Below, in pieces: positions 11,708 to 25,366 of a stretch of DNA of 64,000 nucleotides. Below the pieces are notes generated by a model. It was not told where the DNA came from and ran no database searches. It worked only from the letters and a program-made list of their open reading frames with translations. The stretch is from Tubiluchus corallicola (taxonomy: Eukaryota; Animalia; Priapulida), in contig JAQGDQ010000228.1 of the NCBI GenBank assembly GCA_030141605.1, forward strand, positions 186,001 to 250,000, in the 5' to 3' direction. A program made the position numbers and the translations under genes. Within the stretch, counting starts at the first letter, position 1. Every line of letters begins with the position of its first letter.

Positions 11708-14700
11708 ATCGTTATTTGCCAGCTAATTTGGGAAAGTATTGGAGTCAGAAATTCTGCGAAAATCACGCGTTGCTCCAAAAAGAGAAAACAAAACAAAACA
11801 ATCAAATGAGCTTTGAACCCACATTTCGAGACATCTTTATAGCTTGACTGAGGACTTACATGATCATACATGAGAGTTTTAGAAGTTATACTTCAACTTG
11901 AGCCCTATTGATCAATCCATTCCTTATTAAATTTTACTAGCATTTCCTTTCTTGCATGCTTTTTTATTTACAGCTTGATATTGATTTTTTTTTTGCAACG
12001 ACAGATATATTAGTTATTTCTTCCTCATAAAATTTCGCGTTGTTTACTTTCCTTTAAACGTACGATAAAAATCTATACACTTGGTGCAATAAGAAACGTT
12101 TTAGAACATGATGGCTTCATTCATTTAAAAATTATTGGACAATAATAACACATTCAGCAGTTTTTGCTTGATAAAGATTGAATTAAACCCAATCTAAATT
12201 TGGCCAGATGATTTTGCATTTGTGAAAAGCTTCATTTTGTTCATTAATGTTAACCTGCCCTTTATATTGTAGCTGCGACTGAACAAATTCATTGACAGAT
12301 ATGGATTTTATCGCTTTCTTAAATTTGCTCAAAGAAGGAAACAAGAACAGAAGAAAATGGAAGAAAGCTGCCTTCTTTCACAGTGTTTTTATACTGATGA
12401 ATGCCTTATAAGGATGTGTTTTTAACATTTGTGGTGTTCAACCAAACAAAGATTTGTATATATTTAAATCTATAAGGTGTTATATAATACAAATATAAAT
12501 GTATATCATATAAAGAATCTGTTTATATATAAATAAATAAATAAATAATAACTTTTTTCAATATTTGAAATGATGTACAAAAAACGAATATTTGTCTACA
12601 TAAGGTGCTTGAGCTCCTCGTATTTGTCTTGGTAGAGAATTAACCATGCCCTAAAACACGAATGGAAAAAACATTTAGCGACTTCTCAACATCCTGATAA
12701 TGTGATTAGTTTGAGAACCTTTTCATATTTTGTGGCTGCCTATAGGTTTGTACAAGAACAAAAATTGTACTTCTTAATTTCAATTTTGCAAGTAAGCATG
12801 TTCGGTATTATACTGTTTCAGATGCCTTTACTTACGTTTTGGGAAAAATTCACAGAAGATTGTAACATGTGCCTTCGTTATCGTTTGCACAATAGAAAGT
12901 CCTATAACTGTATAGAGAGTTACGATACTGTGCTTAGAAAAAAAACAGCCGTTGGCTTTTTTCTGGCTTCTTGCAAAATATCATATCAGTTAATAAGTCC
13001 ATTTTTTGTGCTTAGTAACATTTTGAGGAGCGAACATCATTTAAGGCTTTGGTTATGGCTAAGTGTTTTTCTCTAACAAACAAAAACAAAAACATAGCAA
13101 ACAGTTAGAGCAACTCAGTGTGATTGTTGATATGTTAAACTTTTAAGACCACATACGAAACCAAGCGACAAGAGATACTTAAATCTTTCTGGAACACTAC
13201 GCAATTTTCTTTTATTTAAATTAATTTTTCACCGAATATCAGCGGTGTTACCAGCAAAACTTCGATCGGGATGTTAATTACAATAAAAAGAAGGCTGAAG
13301 ATATCAATAACCGTTGAGGAATGAAAGGAATGATAGTGATCACTTGACGATCACAGAGAACACGTTGCCAGTAAACACCAAATGACATTTCTGGTAGAAG
13401 AATAACTGAATAATCATTGTCTTCACTTGGCGATTGGAGATAAGCATTGTTGACATATGAATATTTGAACCAACTGAAGCGAAAAAGCAGAAAATGCAAG
13501 TAAAACGTTACAAATTGTCACAGCGCGTATAGTCACAGGGCTTCCATGTTTTGTTTGGGTTTCAGTATTCTACAACGTGCATAATATTCTAATCTGATAC
13601 TGCTTAGTGGAAGCTGAAGAAATTCCATTCGAAAAGAAAATTTATGAACAATATCATGTTTTTATGTTGTATGCTGTTCTGAACAGGTCTACACGAGTTG
13701 GAAGCCAATGAATCAGGCGTTAAGTATAATGCAATGGAACATTTGGAATTCTTAGCTGAATGATAGAACCCATTCGGTAGATTAAATTCGAGGGAAAAAT
13801 TGGCGGCAATGAAATTACCAGACTTGCCCAATTATGTTATTTCTAATCACAGCTAATAAAAATCGCAATAGTAATTCCCTGGATGATCAATCAGTTACTG
13901 CCTGTGTGGGTTAGTCTTCCTCTAATTCCTCTTTATTAAGCAACATACGGTAACAAATGGCTCTCCTGATAATTAATCCCATTATTGCTGGGAGAATGAG
14001 AGGATAATGTAAGTTGGTCGAACAAGTGTTTACAAACTAATTTGATTACACTGAGTCAAGTCATTTGCCGTAATGGCTGCAAGAGTTGGTTAACAATCCA
14101 TTGGGACGCTATTAGTAGTACTTTTAATTAGCCTTATTTAATTGTAGCGTCTTCGGGACACAGACTTGCTGATATTCAATTTATTTCACATTTGGAAGTA
14201 GTTTGGGTTGTGGCATTAATGAAGCGTTGTGTAATGTACTATGAGCTGAACCATGGTAGCAAGGTTAGAGGTCAGAAGAACGACCAGTGGCCAAGTGGCA
14301 GCGTGGTAGGGTTGCTGAAAGCTCTTTACTGCAGGTTGCAGACACGTCCAGTGAGACCCGCGGATACCAATAGCCTATTCGTCATTGGTGCGCTACACAT
14401 CACTTCATTACAATTGTACTTCCATTGATGTAAAAAATTGTTTGATGAGCGACAGTAAATAAATTTTGTTTTTGTCTTTGCCGAAGTTAAACATATGACA
14501 CAGTCTAGTAGTTTTTGTAAGTATTATTGTAGTATCTAGTAGTATTGTTTATAAGACCAGTTTACAAGTTTGCTTATGTGCTGTAATGTGCTATTGCTAT
14601 CAATCGAATATGATTTTGTGTGATTAAGGTTCTAGTAGTTTTTCGTAATTATGTTTCTGTATTCAAGGCACATTTTGCGTAAATTCTTTAGATGTATAGA

Positions 14701-14710
14701 TTTGTAGTTA

Positions 14711-14960
14711 CCAGACGGTATATTCTATTGGCAACGCGGCCGCTTTTCGTCCGGGATATCGTGAGTTCAATACTGCAGCCGGGTCATACCAAAAACTTTA
14801 AAATGGTACACCTGCTGCTGCCCTTGTGCGTGATATTTAGGGTAAAAGCAATGTAATAATAGTCTCTGTTTTGTAGTTGTAGTATTGTCATTTACAGTCG
14901 ATACAGTCGACAAAAAGCTTCTTGAGATTATGTTAATTGTTTATCTAAAATACGACTTTA
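14711..14960 (+). mobile_element. tRNA-derived SINE (same family as 7315)
   Basis: CCAGACGGTATATTCTATTGG...GTGAGTTCAATACTGCAGCCGGGTCATACCAAAAACTTTAAAATGGTAC; aligns to the other two copies. Confidence 0.8.
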
Positions 14961-15204
14961 TATAAAGTTTTTTGTATTACATTTGTATCTTAAACAACAA
15001 CATTTTTGGCATTTTGCTGTTTGGTAAACAAACCGGCTTATCTAAGTATCCAGAAGGCTAAGTATACTTGTGTAGAATAATCTTACGTTTTATGTATTAT
15101 CTTTTGAAATTAAAAGTCTTAACATTTAAAAACTGAGTTTATGGAATAGAGGCTCTTCGGCTTCACCTGAATTTATTGCGAAAAGTTACAGCGGAGCCTT
15201 ACCC

Positions 15205-16910
15205 AGATCAACATCCACACATCCACATGGAACCATATCCACGTAGATCAACATCCACATAGAACCATATCCACGTAGATCAACATCCACATAGAACCAT
15301 ATCCAAGTAGATCAATAGCCACATAGACCCATTTCCAAGTAGATAAACAACCCCATAGAACCATATCCAAGTAGATCAACAGCCACATAGAACCATATCC
15401 AAGCAGATCAACATCCACATAGAACCATATCCAAGTAAATGAACAGCCACATAGAACCATATCCAAGTAGATCAAGAGATCCACATAGAACCATTTCCAA
15501 GTAAATGAACATCCACATAGAACTATATCCAAGTAGATCAACAGCCACATAGAACCATATCCAAGTAGATCAACATCCACATAGAACCATATCCAAGTAG
15601 ATCAACAGCCACATAGAACCATTTCCAAGTAAATGAACATCCACATAGAACTATATCCAAGTAGATCAACAGCCACATAGAACCATATCCAAGTAGATCA
15701 AGAGATCCACATAGAACCATTTCCAAGTAGATCAACTGTCTCATAGAACCATATCCTAGTAGATCAACATCCACATAGAACCATATCCAAGTAGATCAAC
15801 AGCCACGTAGAACCATATCTAAGTAGATCAACAGCCACATAGAACCATATCCAAGTAGATCAACAGCCACATAGAACCATATCCAAGTAGATCAACATCC
15901 ACATAGAACCATATCCAAGCAGATCAACATCCACATAGAACCATATCCAAGTAGATCAACAGCCACATAGAACCATATCCAAGCAGATCAACAGCCACAT
16001 AGAACCACATCCAAGTAGATTAACAGCCACATAGAACCATATCCAAGTAGATCAACAGCCACATAGATCCATATCCAAGCAGATCAACATCCACATAGAA
16101 CCATATCCAAGTAAATGAACAGCCACATAGAACCATATCCAAGTAAATGAACAGCCACATAGAACCACATCCAAGCAGATCAACATCCACACATCCACAT
16201 AGAACCATATCCAAGTAGATCAACTGTCTCATAGAACCATATCCTAGTAGATCAACATCCACATAGAACCATATCCATGTAGATCAACAGCCACGTAGAA
16301 CCATATCTAAGTAGATCAACAGCCACATAGAACCATATCCAAGTAGATCAACAGCCACATAGAACCATATCCAAGTAGATCAACATCCACATAGAACCAT
16401 ATCCAAGCAGATCAACATCCACATAGAACCATATCCAAGTAGATCAACAGCCACATAGAACCATATCCAAGCAGATCAACAGCCACATAGAACCACATCC
16501 AAGTAGATTAACAGCCACATAGAACCATATCCAAGTAGATCAACAGCCACATAGAACCATATCCAAGTAGATCAACAGCCTCATAGAACCATATCCAAGT
16601 AGATCAACAGCCACATAGAACCATATCCAAGTAAATGAACAGCCACATAGAATCATATCCAAGCAGATCAACAGCCACATAGAACCATATCCAAGCAGAT
16701 CAACAGCCACATAGAACCATATCCAAGCAGATCAACAGCCACATAGAACCATATCCAAGTAAATGAACAGCCACATAGAACCATATCCAAGCAGATCAAC
16801 AGCCACATAGAACCATATCCAAGCAGATCAACAGCCACATAGAACCATATCCAAGCAGATAAACTACCCCATAGAACCATATCCAAGTAGATTAACTGTC
16901 TCATAGAACC
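15205..16910. repeat. 32-bp minisatellite, about 53 units (AGATCAACAGCCACATAGAACCATATCCAAGT)
   Basis: Contiguous tandem units with no unique spacers; source of the repetitive DLLGYGSMW ORFs. Confidence 0.97.
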
Positions 16911-17710
16911 CACAGTTTTAATTTTTTAGACAATTTGGACTATATAAACAGGACTGTTTTAAGTATTAATGGCAGGACCCTACTTTATATGGATGGTTGT
17001 GGCGGGACCGGAAGGTATTTTGCAACCAAATCGCTACAACGCGTCTACGTTAACCAAGCATCGCCAGTGGTCACTCGGGGTCACCGTAAGAAAGTGAAAT
17101 TATGAATAAAGATTCAGAAAAGCAAATTTCTGAATGTGCTAGTTTGAAAGTTGGCTAACTTTCTTTTATCTTATATGTTCATTTAATCCCTTTACCTTCT
17201 CATCTTTTACCAATCACATCTTTCATCTTCATCATCGTCTACATCTCAATGCATTGCATTTGATCCCTCCTTTTATTTTGCACTTTGCACTCCTCGGCTC
17301 CAGCCTTTACAATTTTTCTTCCTGGGTGGAGTCCAATTTGATTTATTTGATAGGTTACACTCGTATATGTATACGTTTTTCTTTTTTTCACTTCTTGTAC
17401 TATTGCTTGTTCGGTTATTGTTAGTACTCTGTTTGTTTGCATTATGCATCTGGAAAATAGGCACGATACACATATAAATAAATAAATGAATTAACAAAAT
17501 AGCGATAGTTAGTGTTAGGCAAGAGTTAATGTTGTTTTCCCAACTAGGCAAGTTGTAGTTATGAGACTGTGTTTGATTAAGAACCCCATTTATAAAAGGT
17601 TTGAGACAAGAACTGGATAAAATAAACAGGATATTATAAGACAGCGGTACCCAGTATCTGATATGCTTTTACCATCTACGTGCGTAGATAGACAAAACAT
17701 AGTAACTAAG

Positions 17711-17900
17711 TGTGTGCGTCTGTGTGTGTGTGTGTGTGTGTGTATGTGTGTGTGTGTGTGTGTGCATGCGTGCGTGCGTGAGAGCGAGCGAGCAAGCGAG
17801 CAAGCAAGCGATCAAGCAAGCAAGCAAGCAAGCAAGCAAGTAAGTAGGTAAGCAAGCTAGCTAGCTGGCAAGCAGGCAAGCAAGCAAGGAAGCAAGTAAG
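17711..17900. repeat. Compound microsatellite (GT)n-(GCGT)n-(GAGC)n-(GCAA)n
   Basis: Directly visible. Confidence 0.9.
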
Positions 17901-19789
17901 TCCGTTAAGTAATTAAGTTCATTGGGTTAAAAGCTATTTATATGGTATTGCACATAATTTAGACAGATGCTTATTTTACATATTTATACCATTTGCAATA
18001 AAAGTACAATAAAATCACCCCCACGAACAGGAGAGAACAAAATAAAAACATTTTCTTTACTTGAAAGTTCGTTCACTTTTTATTTATTGTTATTCCTTAC
18101 GGAGACCAAACAAACAGACACGAAAGAAAAGCCTGAAAAGACAAATTTTTTGTTCCTTTTAGTGTTGAGAGCAAAAAGGTCCAGATCGGACGGTTGTGAA
18201 AAATTTTACCTTTCGACTTATTGTAGTCGCAAATATTATTCCTAAAATTCACTTTCAAATGCTGGGATAATCGAATAAAAATGGCTTGTTCGACAGCTCA
18301 GCAGCTACACCCGGAAAGTGCAATAAAATGTTTAATTGCAACTCAGAAACGAGAAGATTTCTAATTACTATCTAGATGAAAATATGTTTGTCCATTCTGC
18401 CCGCTGTTTTAGCACTCCCGCAGTCTTGTTGCTATCTGCTATTAGAACCATCATTGTCACGTGACAATTTTAGGATCAGTTTAGGACATTAACCAAAGTG
18501 ACGACCAAATGGCGTCCAGAATAGTTCTTTTTGGGCACTATTACAGAATGACATTATAACAGCATTATAGCAGACGTTATAGCAGAATGACATTCTATTA
18601 TATATATAGTCATGCAAGGTGTCACTTACCAATCAACATGTTTCGGGGAAGGTTTTAGACTAATGTCAATTTAGGTCTTCCCTCAATATTGCGCTAAGAT
18701 GGCGTCCAAACTAACAGCCGCAATGCAGCTAGTTAATGATAATGGTGGATCCAAGCGGCTGTTTTCTAAGGCGCGGTCTATTAATATCGCATGTAAAATT
18801 CAGCGAATAAAAATTTCCAACAAGAGTTGTTGAAAAGGATTGCCTACAGAAGTGTCCTTGCAATTCCTTGTTTTAGTGGACTCTACTCCTCTCCCCATGG
18901 GAATTTCGTGCGTTTTTCATCTTCGGGTATTTCTTTCACGCATTACCTCCCACGACAATGCGATGGACAGCCCTCGCTGAAAACTGAATCACAAAGAGAG
19001 CATTAAAATTCACAGCAATTTGTCTTAAAATTTGACGAGTAAATGTGCATCCATTAAAAATAAATGCAAAGATCAAAGAACGTGCATTATATTCATTTGT
19101 TTTCCATTAAATGATTCCTCACAAGACATGCTTGATAAACGACGGTGTCAGTCATATGGATGTATGTCAGTTTTTCACTTCATTACAAACTCAATTTGTG
19201 CATTTTGTGGTCTTTTAATATGCGCTACTAATCGCGTTAAGTGGCAGAAACATAAATAAATTTAATGCATAATTAACTGTTATTGTTTTATTAAAACTGC
19301 TACCATGTTAATTTGCTGATGCAGGTTGCGCTGGCAGGTCCCAGCGGCATTTTGCTATTAAAACGTCGTTTTTCTGCTGCCATTGTGGTATTAGACTTTT
19401 GATGCTAATGCATGAGTTTTTGTTTTTTTGGAAAGTCTTAGTTAAAATTTGACGTCGTGGTTTCTTACAAGAGAAACAATATATTAACTGTAAAAATCTC
19501 TTTTATCGTTCAACACAATTGCAGTTCTTCGGGTTTAGAAGCTAAGGGGTAGATCTAAGAGCATTTATAAAATACATTTTTATAAAAGAAAATGGCAGCA
19601 AGCACATAGCATTTATGCTAGCCATATTTACAATACATTTACAATCACAGTTATGAAACAAATACGTGGGCAGTAAAAATTTTATCATTAAACTAGAAAA
19701 AACTTGAAAACTTAAAAAACCTTAAAAGAAATGCTTGAAAAGTAATCATAATAATCGTTTTACAACCTAAAAATTGCTTACATTGCCTC

Positions 19790-20115
19790 GCTCATTCTGA
19801 TGACATGTCCTGAGCAAAGAAGTTACTGTTTCGTGATGGTGAACTTGATGTTCTGGATGTCTTTCGAGGGCGGCAATGTTGGTGACTTACTACGACATAC
19901 AGGACAGAGAGAAACTTTTGATGATTGAACGGTTCAAATTTTTTGATGTCACGATAATTGAGCTTCCAAGTTTTGCAGCCATAGAAAGAAGCTTGAGATG
20001 ACGACAGTTTCATCATTTCGCAAGTTTTTCAAAGGCCACGCGAGCTGCTTGCTGCGCGATGCCTCTTTTGGAAGTGTACTTGTCGGACACCAATTTCTAG
20101 ATAGAGAAAGCGAAC
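19790..20115 (-). mobile_element. Decayed RTE-clade LINE fragment
   Basis: FYGCKTWKLNYRDIKKFEPF resembles the RTE post-RT motif LLYGCETW...KLE.F; degenerate FLYL and AFEKL motifs lie upstream; frameshifted. Confidence 0.65.
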
Positions 20116-20613
20116 CAGCTGATAAAACAATTTATTAACTCAACAACTTACACACTTCAATTGTTTGCACCGACTATGTAATTCTACGCATTCTATACAT
20201 TGCTTAGGTAATGCGCAAAGTATCTAGAAAAGGTTAAATTCAACACGATTTATCTTCACTTTATATTTTGCCAAACTCACTTTATGCATTTTGTGTGTAT
20301 TGCGCAAGACATAGGAAAAATGTGAAAAAGCCGCAGCAAAAACATTTATTTCTCAAAGCACAGGCATTATATATAATTTACAATTTATAATTTACCATTA
20401 ACTGGGTGAAAACTTTATTTATTCAAGAGAGCACGCAGACATTACATACAAAATACCTGAAAACAAATAAAACAAATAATGTTACATATCACATTATGAA
20501 ACAAAAAAATAACACCAGGTCTTGAAGAATGCCATAAACCCAACTATACATGCACATGCAACACTCAAAGATTTATAACAAAATTAACAATAAAACTGTG
20601 TAAATATTAGAAT

Positions 20614-21010
20614 TTATAGATTGTTCATAATTAGAAAACATTTACTTATTAAATTACAAGCAATTAATAATCTTTCTTTGTCGTTGCTTCCTGCCAAAAA
20701 CAAATATTTAACATCATTGCTCATACGTATAGGTGTAAATTCAGGACAAATGCTTGAAATATCAGTGAAAGTTTTTTCTCTATCCATTTTATCTTGTTCG
20801 CAATTCATTAAGAACCGTTGCTCGCTTTCAATGGCTGATTCTTCCCAATATATGTGTTGGTTGACAGGACGCTTATGATACCCTCCTGTTTCAGTAGCCA
20901 ATGTGAGCGAAATGATTGAAAATGTTGCAAAAATTTTAGTATTTTTTGCACTACAAACTTATCTTCTAGCTTAAACTCTTGTATATATTTGCTGTTGTTC
21001 CTACTTTTAT
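20614..21010 (-). mobile_element. Decayed 3' end of L2/Crack/CR1-group LINE ORF2
   Basis: LATETGGY...IESEQRFLMNC...R...F resembles the L.IETGRY...EDE.HFL..C C-terminal motif of these LINEs. Confidence 0.65.
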
Positions 21011-22395
21011 TTCCTTCATTATATTTGTAATAGGCCTTTTAATTTCGAATTTCTAATTTCCTGCAAAGATTGTCTGTAATATATAAACTGGCTACAAATT
21101 TACTTTTTAAATCAATTTTAAAATATAATTGCATAAAAGGTACAAACTGCTATCAAAATAAATGATCACAATCATTATAATGATTCCAGACTAATGTCTG
21201 AGTAGCAGCATTAGTAGCAGAAGCAATATAGCTAGGCTGTTGCTATTTGGACTTTGTAGTTAAGTTTGGTTTCTGCAAGGTTCTTATCTGTTACCGGAAA
21301 AAACTGCCAATTTTTGGTAGTTGCTTTAGTCACTCTTCACGCTGCTTTTTCTGTTTCTTTTCTGGTGTCCGCTTGTAATCTGTTTTCTTCAATGTGAAAG
21401 TTCAAAAATTTACAAGCTTTTTGTTTAAAATATGGTTACTTAAACATTCACACCTAAAATCATTTTAAAATTACGTATAAAGAGTTAGGTTTGCTAAATA
21501 AATAAATTTTTAAATTACACTTTTGAAAAGCCGCAAATGTTGTAAAAAATCTAAGATTTTAGCTGCTTTGCCGGTTGCGAGGCCCAAAGTTTGTTTAACT
21601 TACATCTAAGTCCAGCACTGCATAGCAAATATATGTTTTTATGTACACCTGCTATGTTTCGTTTCAAGTTGCCAGTTTCGCAATGGATGCTACATGCCAA
21701 ACCACACGCTTATTGGATTATTTCAGATTATTTCTATAAGAAATTTTAACATTTCACAAAGACAATTTCCGTGAAGAATTCACTATTCACTAGTCAAAAT
21801 TATGCTTAAACTTTATGATTTACACAGCGGATAACAGATTCGCTATTGACAATTTAAATTAGAGAGAATAAACGTGTTCTAGGTTAAACAAGAAACATCT
21901 TATCATTAAAGTTAACATAAATTAGTTGGCAATAACTGTATGAATCGATAAACAATGGGTAATTTTAATTCCATTAGTTGAGTTTTACAGAATTTCTCGG
22001 TTACATTTTGTACATGATATATATATATATATATATATAATATATATATTAATAAAACTGCTGCGTAAAAAATAGCTTTGTTGCGACAAAATATAGTCTT
22101 TGTCCAGAAATGGTCTCTTTGTATACAAACACAAAATTCCTGACAACACTAGTTAAGCTTAGCAAATTTTAGCCAATTGTTATTAAAACAGTTATTATTA
22201 ATTGTAATTTATATATACATGTCATTGTAATCAAATGCGCTGAGTAGTTTTGCAATAAATGCTATCACCTTTCATACATCAGCCATAAATCCAAGGAGAA
22301 AACTACCGATAAATAAATAAACCTTTCCGAATAAGTCTGTTGCAATCATCTAAATGGGAAAGTAGGCGGCGCTTCTTATTCCCATGGACCATGCT

Positions 22396-22421
22396 TGTCA
22401 TTTATTGGCTGCTGGATAAAA
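22396..22421 (+). promoter_or_regulatory. Candidate Tlx proximal promoter
   Basis: TGTCA (TALE/Meis site), ATTGG (reverse CCAAT box) and GATAAAA (TATA-like) are clustered about 200 bp upstream of the ATG. Confidence 0.4.
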
Positions 22422-22614
22422 TGCGCAGCCGGTAAAATCGTCTGCTTTTTGCCCCTAAGTGGCGTTTCAGAATGTCGATTAATTGTTAGGTTCTAATCGG
22501 AACAGCAGATTACATGTAGAAGTTATTGTGAGCACAGTAGCAAGTGGTTAGCCAGCGTGTTGGCTGGCTAAGAAACGGGCGTCACACTTAAGTTAAAAAA
22601 ACAATATTGCGAGC

Positions 22615-22891
22615 ATGGCCGTGTGTGAAGAAACGACAGAAAACCGCGAAGCTGAACTGCCGGCTAAGTTAACTTTTAGCATCGACACGATTTTGGGCAA
22701 AGAAGTAAAACAACGCAATGAGCTGATGTTTCACAACACTGAGATTCCACCTCTTTCATTTTTTCCGGTTTCGCATGTTGGTTCTTCAAGTTCAGTCATC
22801 AAAGTTCCAGCACATCGACCACCCACTGCACCACCACTACACCTGCCTTGGTTAGATCCACTAGGTAGACTTGCAAGAGATAGGCTAACAG
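22615..22891 (+). CDS. Tlx: Tlx (Hox11/C15) homeobox gene, exon 1
   Basis: eh1 motif LTFSIDTIL, Tlx motif VIKVPAHRP, hexapeptide-like LPWL, then RDRLT; donor ACAG|GTAAGT, phase 1. Confidence 0.93.
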
Positions 22892-24526
22892 GTAAGTTAA
22901 GCTTACAGCATATAAATACCTAACTGTAATTACTAAAATTATATATACGGGTGCAATAAAAATGCAAATGTAATAATACTCACGTTTATTTTGAATTGAT
23001 TGAATAATAAACTGACACTGACAAACTGTGCTACCCTACTGTGCTGTATTGTGGGAATTAGGTGTACTTTTAAATGAACTTATAGATGTATTATGAGTGA
23101 TATTATTAACTTAAGATAAATTATAAGTATGTGATTAATCAAGAGGAATCGAATGTCTGCAAAGCAACAAATTTAATGATGTATTTTTATAACTTTACCC
23201 GTTGGCATGTTATGTTAAAATATAACGCCATCTTTATAAATAAAAGAACAAAATGACGAAGTAAATTCTCAAGTTCAGGCAACAGAAAATCACATTACTT
23301 TATTTTGCAGATTATTCAATTTCGTAGCATTCATTGTTTCACAAAACACAAACTCAGTGGTTCATTGTGAATTTTATCATGAAATATTTGCCTTCCGGGT
23401 CGCTTATGCCTGAGATTTACCGGTAAAAATATGACTTTACAACTATAAGCCGATAGAAATGAAATTTTATTGTCAATTATTTAAAAAACTTCATGTGAGT
23501 GTTGTACAACATTGTGATATATAAAAAGCTGTCATAAATGTTAAAATTCTTGCATGTAGAAACGTATTACATTATGTAATTCATTTAGTAGTGATTGTAA
23601 AATTGCGCAGCGTACATGTTTGTTTGTGGTAAATATATTTAATATGTAAAGAAATCAGAATTATCTTACACGATTAAATTAAAAACGAGCACCTATTTGG
23701 ATGTACACTTTTCGTGCTTTAACACCTGTTAAACTGTTTTTAAACCCTCAAGCGTGTCAGCCCATCATTTGTAAATAGCACTGTTGTTCCCAAGACGAAA
23801 TATATTTAATCCTATTTTGAAGTTATTTTGTAAGACATTTAATATAAGGACAGAACTGGCAGTCAAGGGAGCCTAATTTAATAACAGGAACACAACAATA
23901 GCAAATAATTAATTTAGTTAAAAATTTAGTTTTTTTGTAATTGATGTTATCTCATTCAGTTTCATGTAGTTAAACCGTTGTTTCATTGACTAAGGAGGTT
24001 TTCATGGTATATTTAACTTTTTAATGCATTTCATTTACTTTTTATTTTCGTATATCACGTATCATATACAGACTGTGCCCGCATACAGGTACGATGAGTA
24101 TATTATCAACTGTATTATCAAGTTTATAATTTACAAGTAGCTTTACCTCTCCAAGACAAAATGTCATTAATCCCGTAGTAAAGTTATTTTTTAAATTGTT
24201 AATGCTACTCTTTGCCAAATTTTTACTATTAAAAAGAAATGTACATTTCAATGAGAAAACCGTAAACAATTTCGTGATACAATTCCGTACATTGTCACAC
24301 AGCAATTTAAACGGAATTCGCATTTAACATGAGTGTTGCCACTAATTATTATTTCCTTCGGTGACCTCATTACACCGTGAGAAAAGAGTTAGATAGTCAT
24401 TGTAAGAGAGAAGGTGCGCCGAAAGCTAGGAGTGAGTTACAGTACTTCTATATACTTACTAAGTACCGCCACTAATGACATAAATGATTTTTATTAACCT
24501 TGGGAAAAGATGACTGGGTTGGCGTG

Positions 24527-24690
24527 TGCTTAGTAATGCTGGGCCTGGTATGGAAATGGATGGGTGATTACCAGAAAATGGTTTTTGGGCGGTTTTATTT
24601 ATCCTGCTGTCTCTGGAATTTATCTAGTTGATGGAGGATGTCAAATGAGGGCCTTATGTGTGGCCAAGACACATCCATGATTCGTTATTA
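24527..24690 (+). mobile_element. Decayed SINE with a 5S rRNA-like segment, in Tlx intron 1
   Basis: GCTTAGTAATGCTGGGCCTGGTATGGAAATGGATGGGTGATTACC aligns to 5S GCTAAGCAGGGTCGGGCCTGGTTAGTACTTGGATGGGAGACCGCC. Confidence 0.5.
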
Positions 24691-25150
24691 TCCTTCATAT
24701 TGGGATGAGTTCCGGTACTTGTTCACATTACAGTGGGCTTATATGAACCTTTGCTTCTCTAGCCCTACTGAACCTACTGCAGTACAATTATTCTTTTATG
24801 ATAACGATAGTGTATGAAACATTATAATTTAATACAGTACGAAGTAACAATTTTGATGTCACTGTGCATTTAACGTCATTGTATTGTACTGAATGTCATA
24901 ATAATAAAAACTTCAAACTTCAAAAAACTGCTACAAGAGCAGCGTAATAGGCAAATCAGGGTGCCCTTATTAAATCATGATCATTATTATTTCTAATAAA
25001 TAAAAACAACTGTTAAAGATATTGATGCACCTGTATCATGGTGATAGTGGCTTCTTGATACAGTTTCAGTATGCGCTTAAGTTCTGGAGTTTCTAAATTT
25101 GACTGCAGTTAAAACAAGTCAATGACGAATATGTATGGAAATTATATAGG

Positions 25151-25332
25151 CAGGGCCTATTTCAACCTAAGCGAGGCCCGGGGAAGTGGGGCATGTGAGG
25201 CCTCCTCCTTTGTTCGCCGTATACAGTATGGTCGCATAAAGCAAAAAAAAACAATGTTACCTCGACGGGAGGCCCCCCTGGAGGGTGAGGCCCCGGGGAA
25301 GTATCCCCACTTCCCCCCTGAAATAGGCCCTG
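25151..25332. mobile_element. hAT-like MITE (182 bp)
   Basis: Perfect 14-bp TIR CAGGGCCTATTTCA/TGAAATAGGCCCTG; flanks TATATAGG/CATAGAGG match 6/8; GC-rich with GAGGCCC subterminal motifs. Confidence 0.85.
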
Positions 25333-25366
25333 CATAGAGGTCCATAATTCGTCTCAAGAGGTCTCT

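Noticed and set aside
15205-16910. CRISPR array or repetitive protein (32-bp units)
   Set aside because: Units are contiguous with no unique spacers, there are no cas genes and the context is eukaryotic; the ORFs are frame-cycling translations of the repeat.
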